From Octopus sinensis (Eukaryota), in the NCBI RefSeq assembly GCF_006345805.1, contig NC_042998.1:104470001-104534000 (forward strand): a stretch of 64,000 bases of DNA, in the 5' to 3' direction. The number at the start of each line of letters is the position of its first letter. The stretch's first letter is position 1. The notes below the pieces were generated by a model. That model was given only the letters and a program-made list of their open reading frames with translations. It searched no databases and was not told the DNA's origin. Both the position numbers and the translations under genes were made by a program. This document shows, one piece after another, positions 24,728 through 39,289 of this stretch.

Positions 24728-25008
24728 GAGAGCGCATGGCATAGTGGTTAGGGAATAGCACTCACATCGCTAGATCTTGACTTCAACTCCTAGATCTTGT
24801 GGGATGTTGTGCTCTTGAGCAAAACACTTTATTTCATGATGCTCTGCGATCACTTCGACACCTGTGCACCTATTCAGACGACGTCGATTTTATGGAGAGA
24901 GTGAGCTAATGTGCAACAGAAACATTTCATCACTATAAACAAATCCTTTGAGCATGTCGTTCGGCAAAAGCTGAACGCTTATACGCAGTCTTCGACGGGA
25001 GAGTCCAT
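24728..25008 (+). mobile_element. tRNA-derived SINE (further family, diverged)
   Basis: GCGCATGGCATAGTGGTTAGGG head and CTTGAGCAAAACACTTTATT block shared with the 16566 copy; distinct 3' part. Confidence 0.6.
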
Positions 25009-25010
25009 TA

Positions 25011-25060
<50 letters not shown>

Positions 25061-25466
25061 TAGCAGAAACACCGCCCTCCGAATTAAACAAAAACTCTGT
25101 TATAGTTTATTCTGTAGTCAGTAAAATAATACATGAGACATTTTAAAAAAGACAATAATGAAAACTGGAAAAGAGATGAGACTGTCAAGGGAAACTGTTC
25201 ATTTGAGTGAATTTGAAAAGAGATGTTCTGGTGGGAATCAATGAATTACACTTACCAATATGAAGAGTTAAGTTTTGCCATATTGCTGTTTCATTATATT
25301 CACTTATAGACGTCTTAAGTGTTTCTAGTCTCCCTTTCCTAGCAATTGCACTTTAGGAACTTAAATACATTTCAATTAAAAGAGAGTATTGAATGTCTCA
25401 CATCACTATAGAATTCTTTTGCAGACACGACTGTCAACAAATGGACCCTATTCATTTATCTCGGTT

Positions 25467-25886
25467 ACTCTTTTACTCTTTTACTCTTTTACTTGTTTCA
25501 GTCATTTGACTGCGGCCATGCTGGAGCACCGCCTTTAGTCGAGCAAATCGACCCCAGGACTTATTCTTTGTAAGCCTAGTACTCATTCTATCGGTCTCTT
25601 TTGCCGAACCGCTAAGTGACGGGGATGTAAACACACCAGCATCGGTTGTCAAGCGATGGTGGGGGGACAAACATAGACACACAAACATATACGCACATTT
25701 ACATATTCATATATACATATATACGACGGGCTTCTTTCAGTTTCCGTCTACCAAATCCACTCACAAGGCTTTGGTCGGCTCGAGACTACAGTAAAAGTCA
25801 CCTGCCCAAGGTTCCACGCAGTGGGAATGAACCCGGAGCCATGTGGTTGGTAAGCAAGCTACTTACCACACAACCACGCCTACGAC
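25467..25886 (-). mobile_element. SINE family A, full length
   Basis: Near-consensus reverse complement. Confidence 0.93.
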
Positions 25887-26428
25887 ATTAATATTTTTAT
25901 GTTTTCTTTTCTTGATGCTCTTGATAATGCAACATACATATGGCCACGTGCGAAGAACTGTGTTGGGAGATGATATTATTGACTAAATAAGTGCAAGGTG
26001 GTACCACAGCATGACCGCAGTCTAACACAATTTGAAAACATAATTCTATTGGAGATTATTGTTTTTGCCCTACGTAATACTTTTTAAAATAATTTACTCA
26101 CATGTTTTGTTGTTATTTTTTCCGCTTTATTACATCTTTTACGAACGCGAAGAAAAGTTATTTGTTTACTTATGGAATTCAAACGGAAGTTAACATTTAA
26201 AACAGAGCGAATCTTGTAATATTAAGCATTATAATTTCTTATTAATATATAAATAAACTTTATAGTTTAAAAATTTTTTAATATTCATTTATAATTTCTT
26301 CAAAGTAATATGACTTTTTAATAACGTGGGGTAAAAAAAACTGAACACAGTCCCGCACTTCTTCAATCATAATAATACAAATATATATGCACATCTGCTT
26401 CCACAAGTATATACTTACATACATACAA

Positions 26429-26488
<60 letters not shown>

Positions 26489-26501
26489 ATATATATATAT
26501 T

Positions 26502-26536
<35 letters not shown>

Positions 26537-26551
26537 TATATATGTATATAC

Positions 26552-26623
<72 letters not shown>

Positions 26624-26666
26624 CATACATGCATACATACATACATATATATATACACACATACAT

Positions 26667-26747
<81 letters not shown>

Positions 26748-26949
26748 CACCAAGATACGTACGTACATGCAGACTTATACTCACCCATTTTTATTCATTT
26801 CTTATATTATAAAGTTATATATGTTCAAGCGTACAGGAACGGGCAAACAAACAATTACATAAGCATATACGCAAACATATAGAAGTTGCAATCAGTCATA
26901 CACACACAAACGAATGAAAATGTATCCATTCAAAAATATATAAAGTCAC

Positions 26950-27358
26950 TGGCATGGTTGTGTAGTTGAGAAACTTTACAACTGCTAATTTTGGTTTCAC
27001 TGCTCCTATATGGCACCTTGATCTGGTGTCTTTTACGATAGAATCAAGCCAACTAATGTTTGTCAATGAATTTGGAGGGCAGAAACCTGTTGTATATATG
27101 TGGATGTATGTATTTGTGTGTGCGTGCGTGTGTGTGTGTGTTTGTAACGTTTTTGTTCCCATTACCGCTTGACAACTGATGTTTACTTGTTTATGTCCCT
27201 TTAACTTAGTGGTTCTGCAATAGAGAACGATAGAATAAACACCAGGCATTAAAAAGAAAAAAAAAACCTACTGTTGTTCTGGTATCGATTTGTTCAACTA
27301 ACCCCTTCATGAGGTTGCTGAAAGCATGACTGAAACGAGTCAAGGATAAAAAGAAAAC
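26950..27358 (+). mobile_element. Old, diverged SINE family A copy
   Basis: Same block order: GGCACCTTG, CGCTTGACAAC, CGATAGAATAA, TGACTGAAAC. Confidence 0.65.
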
Positions 27359-27460
27359 GAGGACAAATAAACAAGTATAAAAATGACGGAAATAAAATAT
27401 ATCAAATGAAATTACATATTGAAGAATCGATGGTGGGAGTGGATGAGAGTATATAATATA

Positions 27461-27675
27461 TTCTTTTATACTCTAGGCACAAGGCCCGAAATTTTAGGGG
27501 GAAGGGGCCAGTCGATTAGATCGACTCCGGTACGCAACTGGTACTTAATTTATCGACCTCGAAAGGATGAACGGCAAAGTCGACCTCGGCGGAATTTGAA
27601 CTCAGAACGTAAAGACAGACGAAATACTGCTAAGCATTTCGCCCGGCGTGCTAACCTTTCGGCCAGCTCGCCGCC
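27461..27675 (-). mobile_element. SINE family B, full length
   Basis: Reverse complement GGCGGCGAGCTGG...GAGTTCAAATTCCGCCGAGGTCGAC...CTTGTGCCTAGAG tail. Confidence 0.92.
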
Positions 27676-27824
27676 CTAGAGTATATGAAATATTGATGGG
27701 GTTGAATATGAACTAAGGTGTAGATAAAGACCCCGCCAAAAGTTAGACGCCATAAGTAAGTCAACGCATAAAGGTATGTATGTGGACTCGCATGAGTCTG
27801 TGTGCATATGTGTGTGTAGAGAGA

Positions 27825-27859
<35 letters not shown>

Positions 27860-30800
27860 AGAGCGAAAGAGATGCAATATACACATTTATATGTATGTCA
27901 CAAATTTCAGTTTCAACCAATGTGAAGTGTATAGGGAAATAATGGCGTCTTGGTCTTCCTTCCCTTTCTAATACTCTTTTATGGATTGTTTTTGCATAGC
28001 AAGAAATGCTTTTTGGCTAAGTAACACTGTGTATTTACAAATAGTTAATTTCATCTCTTAAAACTGTATTACTGGTGTAGAAAAAAATTAAATTCCTATT
28101 CTTCTGTAATATAGATATGACAGAAATAAAGAAGTCCTTTTGCTAGAATAACACAGAGAAAACAAATTGAAAAGAAAGCACTCATTGAAAAGAAATTGTC
28201 ACTAGACTATTGTATGATACAGAATATATTTTTAAGCTGACGATGCGTGTGTTCAAGACTCGTTTTACTTTGTCAGTTTAATAGCTAATTTATATATACA
28301 AGTTTTAATTTGGTAGATCTTACGTAAATAAATTAAAACCATTTTTCTTCTTCAAAACACAAATATGAAAGGACACTGGAATCAACATAATTTGGCTGAG
28401 GCTAATTAAATTTATGATTTGAAGAAGTGTTTTTACTGATATGTCTGTACAAAATAGAGAAATGAAGTGTATAAGAGAGAGAAAAGGCAAAATGGAAACG
28501 CTATTTTGTGGTGTTAAAAAACGTTATCTCGCAGAGAATAAAAATTAGTTTTCTGCACTTGAAATCTTCAATAGTTAAAGAATCGTTAGAAGTCCATTTC
28601 GATAAAAACATATTACAATTAAAATTTTTAGGAAGTTTCAAAACAAACTAATTAATTAGTGACGTACAGAGAAAACTGATGGTTTTCAATCTAGATGGTT
28701 TTCAATAGAGACAAACTGTATTACAATCTCAGGAAAAGTAAATTAAATGAAAATCTTTGTCATATAATTCTTCTGATGGGTAAATGAATGTGCATTATGA
28801 TATTTCTTACACAACTTCCTTCTACACACTATGAATTCAACACACAGTACAGGGTAAAATTCTTGAAAACCCTTACATACAGCCAAACACTTCATTGCAA
28901 AAAGATGTCAGCTCTTTTAATTGTAGTAGTAAAGGTCAAAGCATGACAGAGAGACAAACAGACAGACGCCCATACAATAAGGTTTTAGTAAAAGAGATAT
29001 AAACTGCTAAATTATTCTGTTATAATAAGGAAATTAATTCTACATTACAACCTATTTTTAAAACAAAACAAAACAAGAGGATGTAGATTAACATAGCAAT
29101 TAACGATTCCGCCGGTTAGTGACATACTAATTATAATTAAAGTATATAATCAAAATATTATAGTACTGGTGAGTTTAATTAATACAATTCATTCCTTGTG
29201 GGTGTATAATGAAAGATCAGTGAGTTAGACACTAATCAATATACATACAAACATACATACATACATACATACATACATACATACATACATACATACATAC
29301 ATACATACATACATACATACATACATACATACATACATACATACATACATACATACATACACAGACGCACACACACTTACTCATATATGTGTATGTATAT
29401 GTATATATATATATATTTATGTGTATAATATATATATATATATATAGGCATACACACACATATATATAAATATATCTATATATATACACATCTACATATA
29501 AATACGTGTGTGCATGTGTGTGTATTTGTGCGTGTGTGTGTGTTGTGTGTGTGTGTGTGTAAGCAGCAAGAATACAAAGAGCTTGTTAAATGTTATTGGC
29601 TCTCCAAGAAGTATTAATAGCGAAGTGAATAAAGTTGGTTTCGTCCGGCAATGAAAACTGGTCAGCATAATCATTTTGCTCAAAGTCTTAATTGTTGCTG
29701 CTCTTGATCAACCTTAATACTACATCTATCTGACCTGAACACATTCTAACCGTAACCATTTCGATGTTTCTCTATTGCATTCTTTCTTATATTATTCCAT
29801 GTACCCTTTCTAAAAACAAGCAGCTTGAGGTATGTAGGAGTTTTGATTGCTATCTCTAACAGGTCGTACGACTACGTAAATATTCCTTAATAGTGTTGCT
29901 TAACCCAGGTCTGCTCCGATCAAGCACATCTAAATTCAAAGGCATTGCAATCCTGACCGTCCCGATTTATTTTGAAACAGTAGTTTATTTACATACAATC
30001 TACAGATAAAACCAGATAAAATCTGTGCCCGTCAGACATTAGAAAGGTCATCAGTAAAAGAATGCATTCCATTTCAAGGCTTTGCTCATGACTGCTAGAT
30101 CACCTTGTTACTGGCCCTAAGTATTGCCTCTCTATCCACTTATAATCAGTTTTGGCTGGTATAAAAAAAAGGAATAACTTTTAAACTTTGCAATTAGCGC
30201 TTGATAAAGTTCATCGTAGCAGATCTGTAGGAGGCGACTTGCACCTTATATAATGAGCGAGTGAAAACAATGAATCTTGACGTACTTCAGTTCCACATTT
30301 TTTCGAACCTTATTCGTCTCAGCTGTGTTCTTTTCATTTTATCATCTAACCTCGCCGTGAGTAATGAATCACTGGAATCACCTTTCTCTGACTTGCTTCA
30401 CACTGGGAATCTAGGACTACATTATCCAATGTGCACTGACCGTTTTCAATGCATTAGAGTGTTTGAGGTAGTTTTGACGGTGTTTTTTTCTTTTCAGTAG
30501 TTGTAACGCAATCTTTGGTCAGAACTCGAATTTGTTGTTTAGGTTAGAATCTCAGTATCTGGTGACAAGATGTTGTGGCCCACGATCCTGAAATCCCGAT
30601 ATCTCAACATTTCAAGATGCTATTCCGTGAAGTCTTAACCAATGATTCAAACAGCAGGCTGCTATTCGAGTGAATTTGGCAATACTAAGCATCTTTAATT
30701 CTTATTCTTCAAACCGACTTTCTGCACTTGCCAAAGAAGTGATAAATGAATTACTCGATAAGTATTTAATTTAAATAAATTTGCTTTGAACGCATGATTC

Positions 30801-30939
30801 ATGCTTGCAACAAATTACCTATCGATTTTATACTTGTCATGTCTCTGAATTATTTAATCATTTAACTGTTAGTTTCATGCCTTTAGATATGAAAAAACAA
30901 CAAGGCTTTCGAATTAGCATAAATTTGTAAAATATAAAA

Positions 30940-30992
<53 letters not shown>

Positions 30993-31327
30993 TATAAATG
31001 AAAAAAATTTAATGCTCATATTGAGTTATAAAATTTGTTTTCTTGCTTTAAAATGAATTAAGTTGGTCAGATTATTTGCAAGTTGCTTACACGTCCCTTA
31101 TCTATTTAACTATTAAAACACTCATTGACGACGAGGTTATATTTAACTTCTGTTCTTTTACAGGTTTTTCTCAGTGGACATAGCTATGCTTCGACAACTA
31201 ACTTCCAGTTGTTTAGTCAAATATCGATCCACAATGCATTGTCTGACACTTTATGAACTAACGATTAGCTTAGTACTTTTAAAGGGCCTAACTAGGTAGA
31301 TCACATAACACGAGGTATGCATGTATG

Positions 31328-31359
<32 letters not shown>

Positions 31360-31405
31360 TGTATGTATGTATGTATGTATGTATGTATGTATGTATGCAT
31401 GTATG

Positions 31406-31437
<32 letters not shown>

Positions 31438-31462
31438 CATGCATGTATGTATATACGTATGT

Positions 31463-32880
31463 CATTATTCAGTTTTATTTTAAGATTTCTTGCTAATAGA
31501 AAAGCCGGTTTTGAACCTAGATCCATAGCTCCGTCATTGGAATTTCAACATCAACAGGGTATTTTTGTATGCATGCATTTGTGCAGATTTTTATGTTTTG
31601 TTTTATGAATGTATTCTCATGCATAGAGATGCCTGTCGAGACATGCTCATATATACTTAAATGATAAACTTTTGGAAAGTTTTACAGGTTTTACAGTTCC
31701 TGTGATGGATTAGATCTGTAGTCTTCGAATTAGCTTTCCCCTTTCTGGTTTTGAGAAGCCTAATTTCTCAAGATTGATATTTAGATAGTATTTTAGATTG
31801 GTATTTACATATCCAAGGGCCCTGATAATTACTGGTATAAACCTGAACTTGTAATCTGGATAGAATAACTCCAGATTTCTCAATAATTCAGTTTAGGTAC
31901 TCTCTTTCTCACTGATCTTCAGCTTTATGTTAACATCCGCTGGGCAGCTGATTTCCACAACTGTGCTCAGTTTCTCTTCTCTGTCCCAAGTCATTATATC
32001 AGGTCTACTGTATTTACATTTTATTGAGGTTTTCATAGGAACATTCCACTAGTACTCCTTTTTATTATGAGTAGCTATGGCTTCTACCATACTTTGGGTT
32101 CTTATTTCTTTGTCCTCGGTGTTATCCATCAGATGGTTTTCATTATAGAGTGTCCTAGCTACATCTTGTCTTATTTTCGGACATTTTTGGACAATTGCTT
32201 ATGATGTGTGTGATATCTTTGGTGTTGACCCCACAAAATCTACATCTGTTGTCACATTTTACTGCTTTTCCTACATCTCTGTCCTTTTTGTGCATTAGAT
32301 ATTTGGGTGATATTTCCTGTTCCTGGATTGCAAACGCATAACTTTCAAAGTGGGAGGTAGCAATCCAGTTGTTGGTCCATGATATACTGCTTTGATGATC
32401 AATGTTACTATCGTCTTGGAGCTTTCTACTAATATAATCAAGCTTGGTCAAAGGATACACTTCGACACTTGGTGGTTAAAAGATGGTACCGGAAGGATGT
32501 GATGCGACATTGAAAAGCAGTGTGGATCGATGTTAAGCCTCTGCTGCCATGTTTTCGTTTTAGGTAGAGGCGGTCTAAGTCAATGTTGATGTGGAAATTA
32601 TTTGTGCTTTTTAGTATCTTCTGGGTTTTCACATCAATGGCTCGGAACTCATCAAGCGTCCACTCAAGCAGCTCAAATGTATGTATGAGTACTGCCACTG
32701 CTAACACATTACAGGCCACTGTTTTATTGAATGCAGAGAATTCCGAGGTCCAAATTTAATTTATTTGACTGTAATATTCTTTAGTGACACGTGTTTTGTT
32801 CCAGGTGCCATTGTAATATATGTTTTCATCCACTCCCATATACCTGTAACATTCCTCATCAGAGACAGAGGAAACAATAA
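31463..32880 (-). pseudogene. Largest R4/Dong-clade LINE copy (end of RT, CCHC knuckle, RLE, 3' UTR)
   Basis: EECYRYMGVDEN, NFHINIDLDRLYLKRKHGSRGL, FAIQEQEI, CRFCGVNTKDITHIISNC and YPDYKFRFIPVI; stops and frameshifts. Confidence 0.93.
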
Positions 32881-32889
32881 TGTATGGAA

Positions 32890-33122
32890 GGCGGCGAGCT
32901 GGCAGAGACGTTAGCACGCCGGACGAAGTGCTTCGCGGTATTTCGCCCGTCGCTACGTTCTGAGTTCAAATTCCGCCGAGGTTGACTTTGCCTTTCATCC
33001 TTTCGGGGTCGATAAATTAAGTACCAGTTACGCACTGGGGCCGATGTAATCGACTTAATCCGTTTGTCTGTCCTTGTTTGTCCCCTCTATGTTTAGCCCC
33101 TTGTGGGTAGTAAAGAAACAAA
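32890..33122 (+). mobile_element. SINE family B inserted in the (TATG)n spacer between two R4 copies
   Basis: Full length, with the alternative TTGTGGGTAGTAAAGAAA tail. Confidence 0.93.
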
Positions 33123-33143
33123 TATGTATGTATGTATGTATGT

Positions 33144-33520
<377 letters not shown>

Positions 33521-33565
33521 ATGTATGTATGTATGTATGTATGTATGTATGTATGTATGTATGTA

Positions 33566-33654
33566 TAGTTGAAATTTATAGAAAAATAGACGAAGACAGG
33601 TGTATGAACAACAAACAAATGTATTAGTTTGACGCTCGGGAAGAATTAAAAAGT

Positions 33655-33701
<47 letters not shown>

Positions 33702-33870
33702 ACTAATTTTTTATTCGCTCTGTATTTATTTTCTTTTATTCCTTTCTGTTGAAGACCGTAGTCTCGAAACGTAAAAGACTTTTTCATTTTCCCAAGCGCC
33801 AGACAAAAAAAACCTGCTTGTTGTTCATACACCGGTCTTCGTCTTTTGTTTTTTGCTGTAAATTTCAAAT
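33566..33870. mobile_element. Two family D (Penelope-like) fragments in inverted orientation around (AT)n
   Basis: 33566-33657 is the reverse complement of about 33776-33868. Confidence 0.7.
33742..33777 (+). ncRNA. Decayed hammerhead-like motif (family D)
   Basis: CUUU-CUGUUGA-A-GACC(GUAG)UCUC-GAA-ACGU-A-AAAG; stem II partly disrupted. Confidence 0.4.
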
Positions 33871-33907
33871 ACATATATATATGTATATGGGTGTGTGTGT
33901 ATATATA

Positions 33908-35528
33908 CAGTTGCGGCCAAAATGTTCAGAACGGCAAAGTTTTCAACAGAAAAGTAGGTATAAGTTTATCAAAGTTGTTTTATATTCTATAATTTTCACA
34001 GACAATAAATACGATATTATTTGTTATTGTCTGAGAGTTTGGTGTAATTTGAGAGGATAATACAAAAGTTATGGATGATTTAGTGATTTACTGCAAAAGC
34101 CATGGCGGCCAAAATGATCAGAACGGTTGCTTTTACTCCGTGTTTTAGTATATTTAACCGGCGAACTCTAATGTTTTGAAGTTGTTTACGTGACGGTTCG
34201 TTTACTAAACATTAGTAAGAATATCTGCAGTGTACTTTGTTAATATAATGCCACTTACTTCGTTACCAATTCGTCAGCAGATTATTAAGCTTCGAAAGAA
34301 GGATAATTTAAGTATTGGGTCTATTGCAAAGATTGTTAACAAGTCAAAAAGTGTTGTTCACGGTATTCTTAAGGTCTACAATGATTGTGGTTCGTGTGAA
34401 GCAAGAAAGTCTACAGGTAGGCCAAGAAAAACGACCAAGAGAAGATGATACTATGGTAAAGTTGGTTAAAAAGGACAGATTTAAAACTGCTGCTGCTGTT
34501 TCTCGGGAAATGAGCATTGTACTGAAGAAAACTTTATCTCGAAAAACTGTGTCTCATCATTTAGTTGAACATGACCTACAAGCAAGAGCACCTGCAGTGA
34601 AGCCACTGATCAGCTCCAAAAATAAAAATTGTCGTCTTACCTTTGTAACCGAACATGTGTTGTGGTCTCAAGAAAAATGGCAAACGGTGCATTTCAGTGA
34701 TGTATCTAAGTTTATGTTATTTGGCTCAGATGGGAAAATGTACGTTCGTTGAAAACTAGGTGAAAAATTGTCGCCTAAATGCCGTAAGACTAGTGTTAAA
34801 TTCGGTGGAGGAAGTGTCATGGTTTGGGGGATGATATCTGGAGGTGGTGTGGGCTCTTTGGTGCGATTACACGGAAAGGTAAATGCAGGAGTTTATTAAC
34901 AACTTGTAAAAGATCATGTCTTGCCTGTGCTGAAAAATTCAACTAAGCGATCACCCATATTCATGCAGGACAATGACCCATGTCACAAGGTTAAGGTGGT
35001 CATGAACTTCCTCAAGGCTGAAAAGGTTATTATTATGGATTGGCCTGCTCAAAGCCCAGATCTCAATCCTATTGAAAATGTGTGGAATATTCTAGGAGAA
35101 CGTTCGAAAGCCAGAAATCCTAAAACAACCGAGCAATTATGGAATGCCCTTCAGGAAAAATGGAATAAGATCACCTAGCAAGAAATTGAAAGTTTAATTT
35201 CCTCATGCAGTCGAGATGTCAAAGTGTGATTGAAGCTAAAGGGCTTCACACTAAATATTAAATAATTCCAGTATTCACTGTCATTTTTGATTATTTTGTT
35301 ATTTTTTCAACCGTTCTGATAATTTTGGCCGCCATGGGTTTTGTAGTAAATCACTAAATCATCCATAACTTTTGTATTCTCCTCTCAAATTACACTAAAA
35401 TCTCAGACAATAACAAATAATATTGTATTTATTGTCTGTGAAAATTATAGAACATAAAACAACTTTGATAAAAACTTATACCTACTTTTCTATCGAAAAC
35501 AATGCCGTTCTGAACATTTTGACCGAAA

Positions 35529-35531
<3 letters not shown>
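33908..35531 (+). mobile_element. Full-length Tc1-family (DD34E) DNA transposon with IR/DR ends
   Basis: TIRs of about 222-224 bp (33908-34129 and 35308-35531) starting CAGTT; TA target duplication; a 22-bp direct repeat at both ends of each TIR. Confidence 0.96.
34248..35261 (+). pseudogene. Tc1 transposase pseudogene
   Basis: MPLTSLPIRQQII...TGRPRKT, WQTVHFSD, GGSVMVWG, FMQDNDPCH, WPAQSPDLNPIENVW, with 34 residues between the second D and the E. It has 2 frameshifts and 3 in-frame stops. Confidence 0.95.
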
Positions 35532-35573
<42 letters not shown>

Positions 35574-35610
35574 TGTATGTATTATTAGATAGACAGACAG
35601 ACAGACAGAC

Positions 35611-35700
<90 letters not shown>

Positions 35701-36038
35701 GCAGATAGACAGTCTTCTGAAATGGAACTGAAATACATGAAGATGACTGGCAGACTGGTATTAGACGGTATCAGTTTAATTATTGTTCAGCACCATATTT
35801 TCCAAAATGTTCACCATATGTATGTAACAATAGTAACTTCAATCATGTTTTCGTATAAAACATGATTTCTAAAATCTATTCTCTAAATGTTTTCAATTCC
35901 ATTACTACATATTTCTTTGTCAAATGTTTTTGTTTCCATAGGAATTTGGAATCGTCACTTTGTCATTTTATTATTTTTCGTCTTTATCTGTTTCCTGCTG
36001 TTTTTTTTCTCCAGTGGTCCTTCTTTAACCGTAATATA

Positions 36039-36242
36039 TTCTTTTACTCTTTTACTTGTTTCAGTCATTTGACTGCGGCCATGCTGGAGCACCGCCTTTA
36101 ATCGAGCAACTCCACCCCGGGACTTTTGTAAGCCCAGTACTTATTCTATCGGTCTCTTTTGCCGAACCGCTAAGTAACGGGGACATAAACACACCAGCAT
36201 CGGTTGTCAAGCAATGCTAGGGGGACAAACACAGACACACAA

Positions 36243-36277
<35 letters not shown>

Positions 36278-36448
36278 CATATATACGACGGGCTTCTTTC
36301 AGTTTCCGTCTACCAAATCCACTCACAAGGCTTTGGTCGGCCCGAGGCTATAGTAGAAGACACTTGCCCAAGGTGCCACGCAGTGGGACTGAACCCAGAA
36401 CCATGTGGTTGGTAAACAAGCTACTTACCACAAAGCCACTCCTGCGCC
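36039..36448 (-). mobile_element. SINE family A, full length
   Basis: Near-consensus. Confidence 0.93.
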
Positions 36449-36838
36449 TATATGTATAAAAAAGCAAAAGTCGTCTGGATAGGCATACTACAGAATTTAA
36501 TAATGGTTAATCTGCTTTACTCAACATTCTGTTTTACTATTAGAGAAAAATAACGCTCTTCTAAAGTGAAATTATCTTCGGAAGAGAAGAGAAGTGATAC
36601 ACATAAAAGGTGAATAAATAACAGCACTGAAAAAATGTGTTACACTGTATACAAATTTAGGAAAAGCGAATAATGAAAGGAAACGATCATTCTAAGAAGT
36701 ATCAAAATAAATAATTCCATTTCTAGAACTCTCCCTGCCTCACTTTGTTGCAAAAAAGATGTTCAGGGTGAAGTGAATTCGAAGTTTTGTTGAATGTAAA
36801 CGATAAAGCATGACACGCATGTTAATACACACACGCGT

Positions 36839-37128
<290 letters not shown>

Positions 37129-37144
37129 GAGAGAGTAGAGTATA

Positions 37145-37249
37145 CGGTGACCCAAAATTAAGATGTTTGACTACATATTGTGAGCTCTGAGTACAATCTG
37201 AGGGCTTCGGATGTGACACCACATGCTTCGTGGCTTTTGGATCACCCTG
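37145..37249. mobile_element. Tiny mariner-like MITE
   Basis: TA|CGGTGACCCAAAA ... TTTTGGATCACCCTG|TA; a similar end GGGTCACCCTGTA occurs at about 60492-60503. Confidence 0.45.
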
Positions 37250-38518
37250 TAATAGTTTGGGTAATTGCTATTAACAATTAGTAAGGCAGTATCGAGCCCT
37301 TGTCCGTAACACAATTTCAATTCACTTTGTTTTATATTTCAAATATACTGGAATAGTTATCTGTCACCTTTATAATGTTTTTGACCACATTCTCATATTG
37401 TTAGTGAAGGTTTTATTTTTTAAGACGTTTTTATGACGTGAGGAAAGAGAAACCGAAAATAATTTTTCTCAATTTTTTAAACTATTGGTCACAGTATAGT
37501 TTTTGTCGCTTGTATATCACAACTGCTGTTGTTTTATTTCTGAAATGATTAGTTTGGAGAATATAAAAATTAATTTTGAAGTCAGTTATGTGTAAAATCT
37601 GTACCATTTGTTTGTTTGTTTGTTTCTTTCTTTCTTTATCTATTCATAATGAAAATGAAGATAGGAAGCTATATATAAATAATTTGCGCAAGATTCGGAG
37701 CAGCGAGTGTGCTTCAAAATTGAGGAGTTAATTTGGTCCAAAGTTCACTGCCTTGAATCGAAGACAAGAGTGTCACAGCTTATCACGGAGGACTTTGCTA
37801 TAACCTAGAAGAAATTTTTTTCCATGAAAACTTGCAGAGTAGGTCTTATTTACTTTTAAATAACTGAATATTTATCAACTATAGATTTACACGGTTTCAT
37901 TGAAAAAATTAAGAGTAGAAAACTAATTGAAATTCTATTATCGATAGAATTTTGCAAAGTGAATAAAATTTGTTGATTTTTGAAGAGATTCTGAATTATT
38001 TACTTTATTTTTTTAGCAGGTTGGAAATAACCTACTTACCAGAACTGCTGGGGAAGAACCAAGATTTTGTATTCAGAGAGCGGAGCCTTGTAATTGGCAT
38101 GAACAGTTCATAAGGCTTATTACCCCCATGGTGCTTTTGATGATCGTGTGGTACCAACGGGTACCACCAAGGCCGTTTCCACCGTCGCCGTCACCGCCAC
38201 CGCCACCGCCGTCTTCACCATTGTTGTCGCCCCCCCACCACCACCTCCGCTACCATCACCGTCGACACCACCGCTATCGCTGCCACTTCCCGTCACCGCC
38301 TTCGCTACCACCGCTGTCACCATCACCGCTGCGCCGCCGTTGTCGTCATCGTTGATGAGCACCATGCACACATTAGACGGACTCTCCTCCATGTGGACGG
38401 AACCACTTTTAAATCTGATGCTATCTATACTTCTTCACTCCACCCAGAACAGGTCAATTCACACACTTTTCGCGCACGCGCATACACGCATATGCTCTTA
38501 CATGTATATTAGTATACA

Positions 38519-39231
38519 TCTATTATATAAAGTCCGTTCTGTCTGTCTGTGTTTGTCTTCTAGGATCTCGGGCTTCCTCCATCTAATTGCGCTCAAATTT
38601 GATATGTAGATACCGACAGTATCAGGGCGTCTATAAATCTTGAAAAAATTACAAAAATCGATTCCAGGTGAGAATGCGATCGATAAAGCCGTGGGAACGT
38701 GCATTTGTACTCGCAAGTACATCAGCTGTTGCGATCGCGTACGCGAGAAAAATGCACGTGCAGTTTATTACGAGACCTTCCTTATTATTATCTCAGGTAT
38801 GTTCTCATAAATTCATCATGATTTTCCATTTAGATTTACCTCCAGCTAACCCATTTGCATGCATCGTTTTTGTCCTGCTTTTCTTTCGTCAACCTGTACA
38901 TAACTGTACCTTCCATTTTTTGTTGTTTTTGTACTGCTTAAAGGCACGTTTCTTTCCTGCCATGCTTACTGTCTAAATCATGTTTGTGTTCTCCCAGTCA
39001 ACAGCCTTAACATTACTGGTACTTTAAACTCTTCGGTTGCATATTTGTGTGAATAAAATCGTAGAAAAAGTCTATCTTTATTTCTTCTTTTGTTGGTGTC
39101 TCAAATTTAGGTTAAATCAGAGTTTCTCAAAGAGGAGGCCTATGGGACGGTCGAACAAGTTATTTTGAGAAAATTTTGTTTAAATGTTTGACAACTCACA
39201 ACCGTCCATAGGACGGGGGGCGTTTTGCTCG
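38519..39231 (+). mobile_element. Non-autonomous Helitron-like element
   Basis: A|TCTATTATATAAAG 5' end with a (TCTG) tract; 3' hairpin CCGTCC-ATA-GGACGG (39202-39216) 11 bp before CTCG|T (CTAG variant). Confidence 0.65.
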
Positions 39232-39289
39232 TATATATATATATATATATTCAAAATGTGACCATGTGTGTACCGTTGGCGATTTTTTT

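Noticed and set aside
38120-38609. Gly-rich and Pro/Thr-rich ORFs on both strands
   Set aside because: They are mostly degenerate (CCG/CAC) repeats, and no frame links convincing splice sites on both sides.
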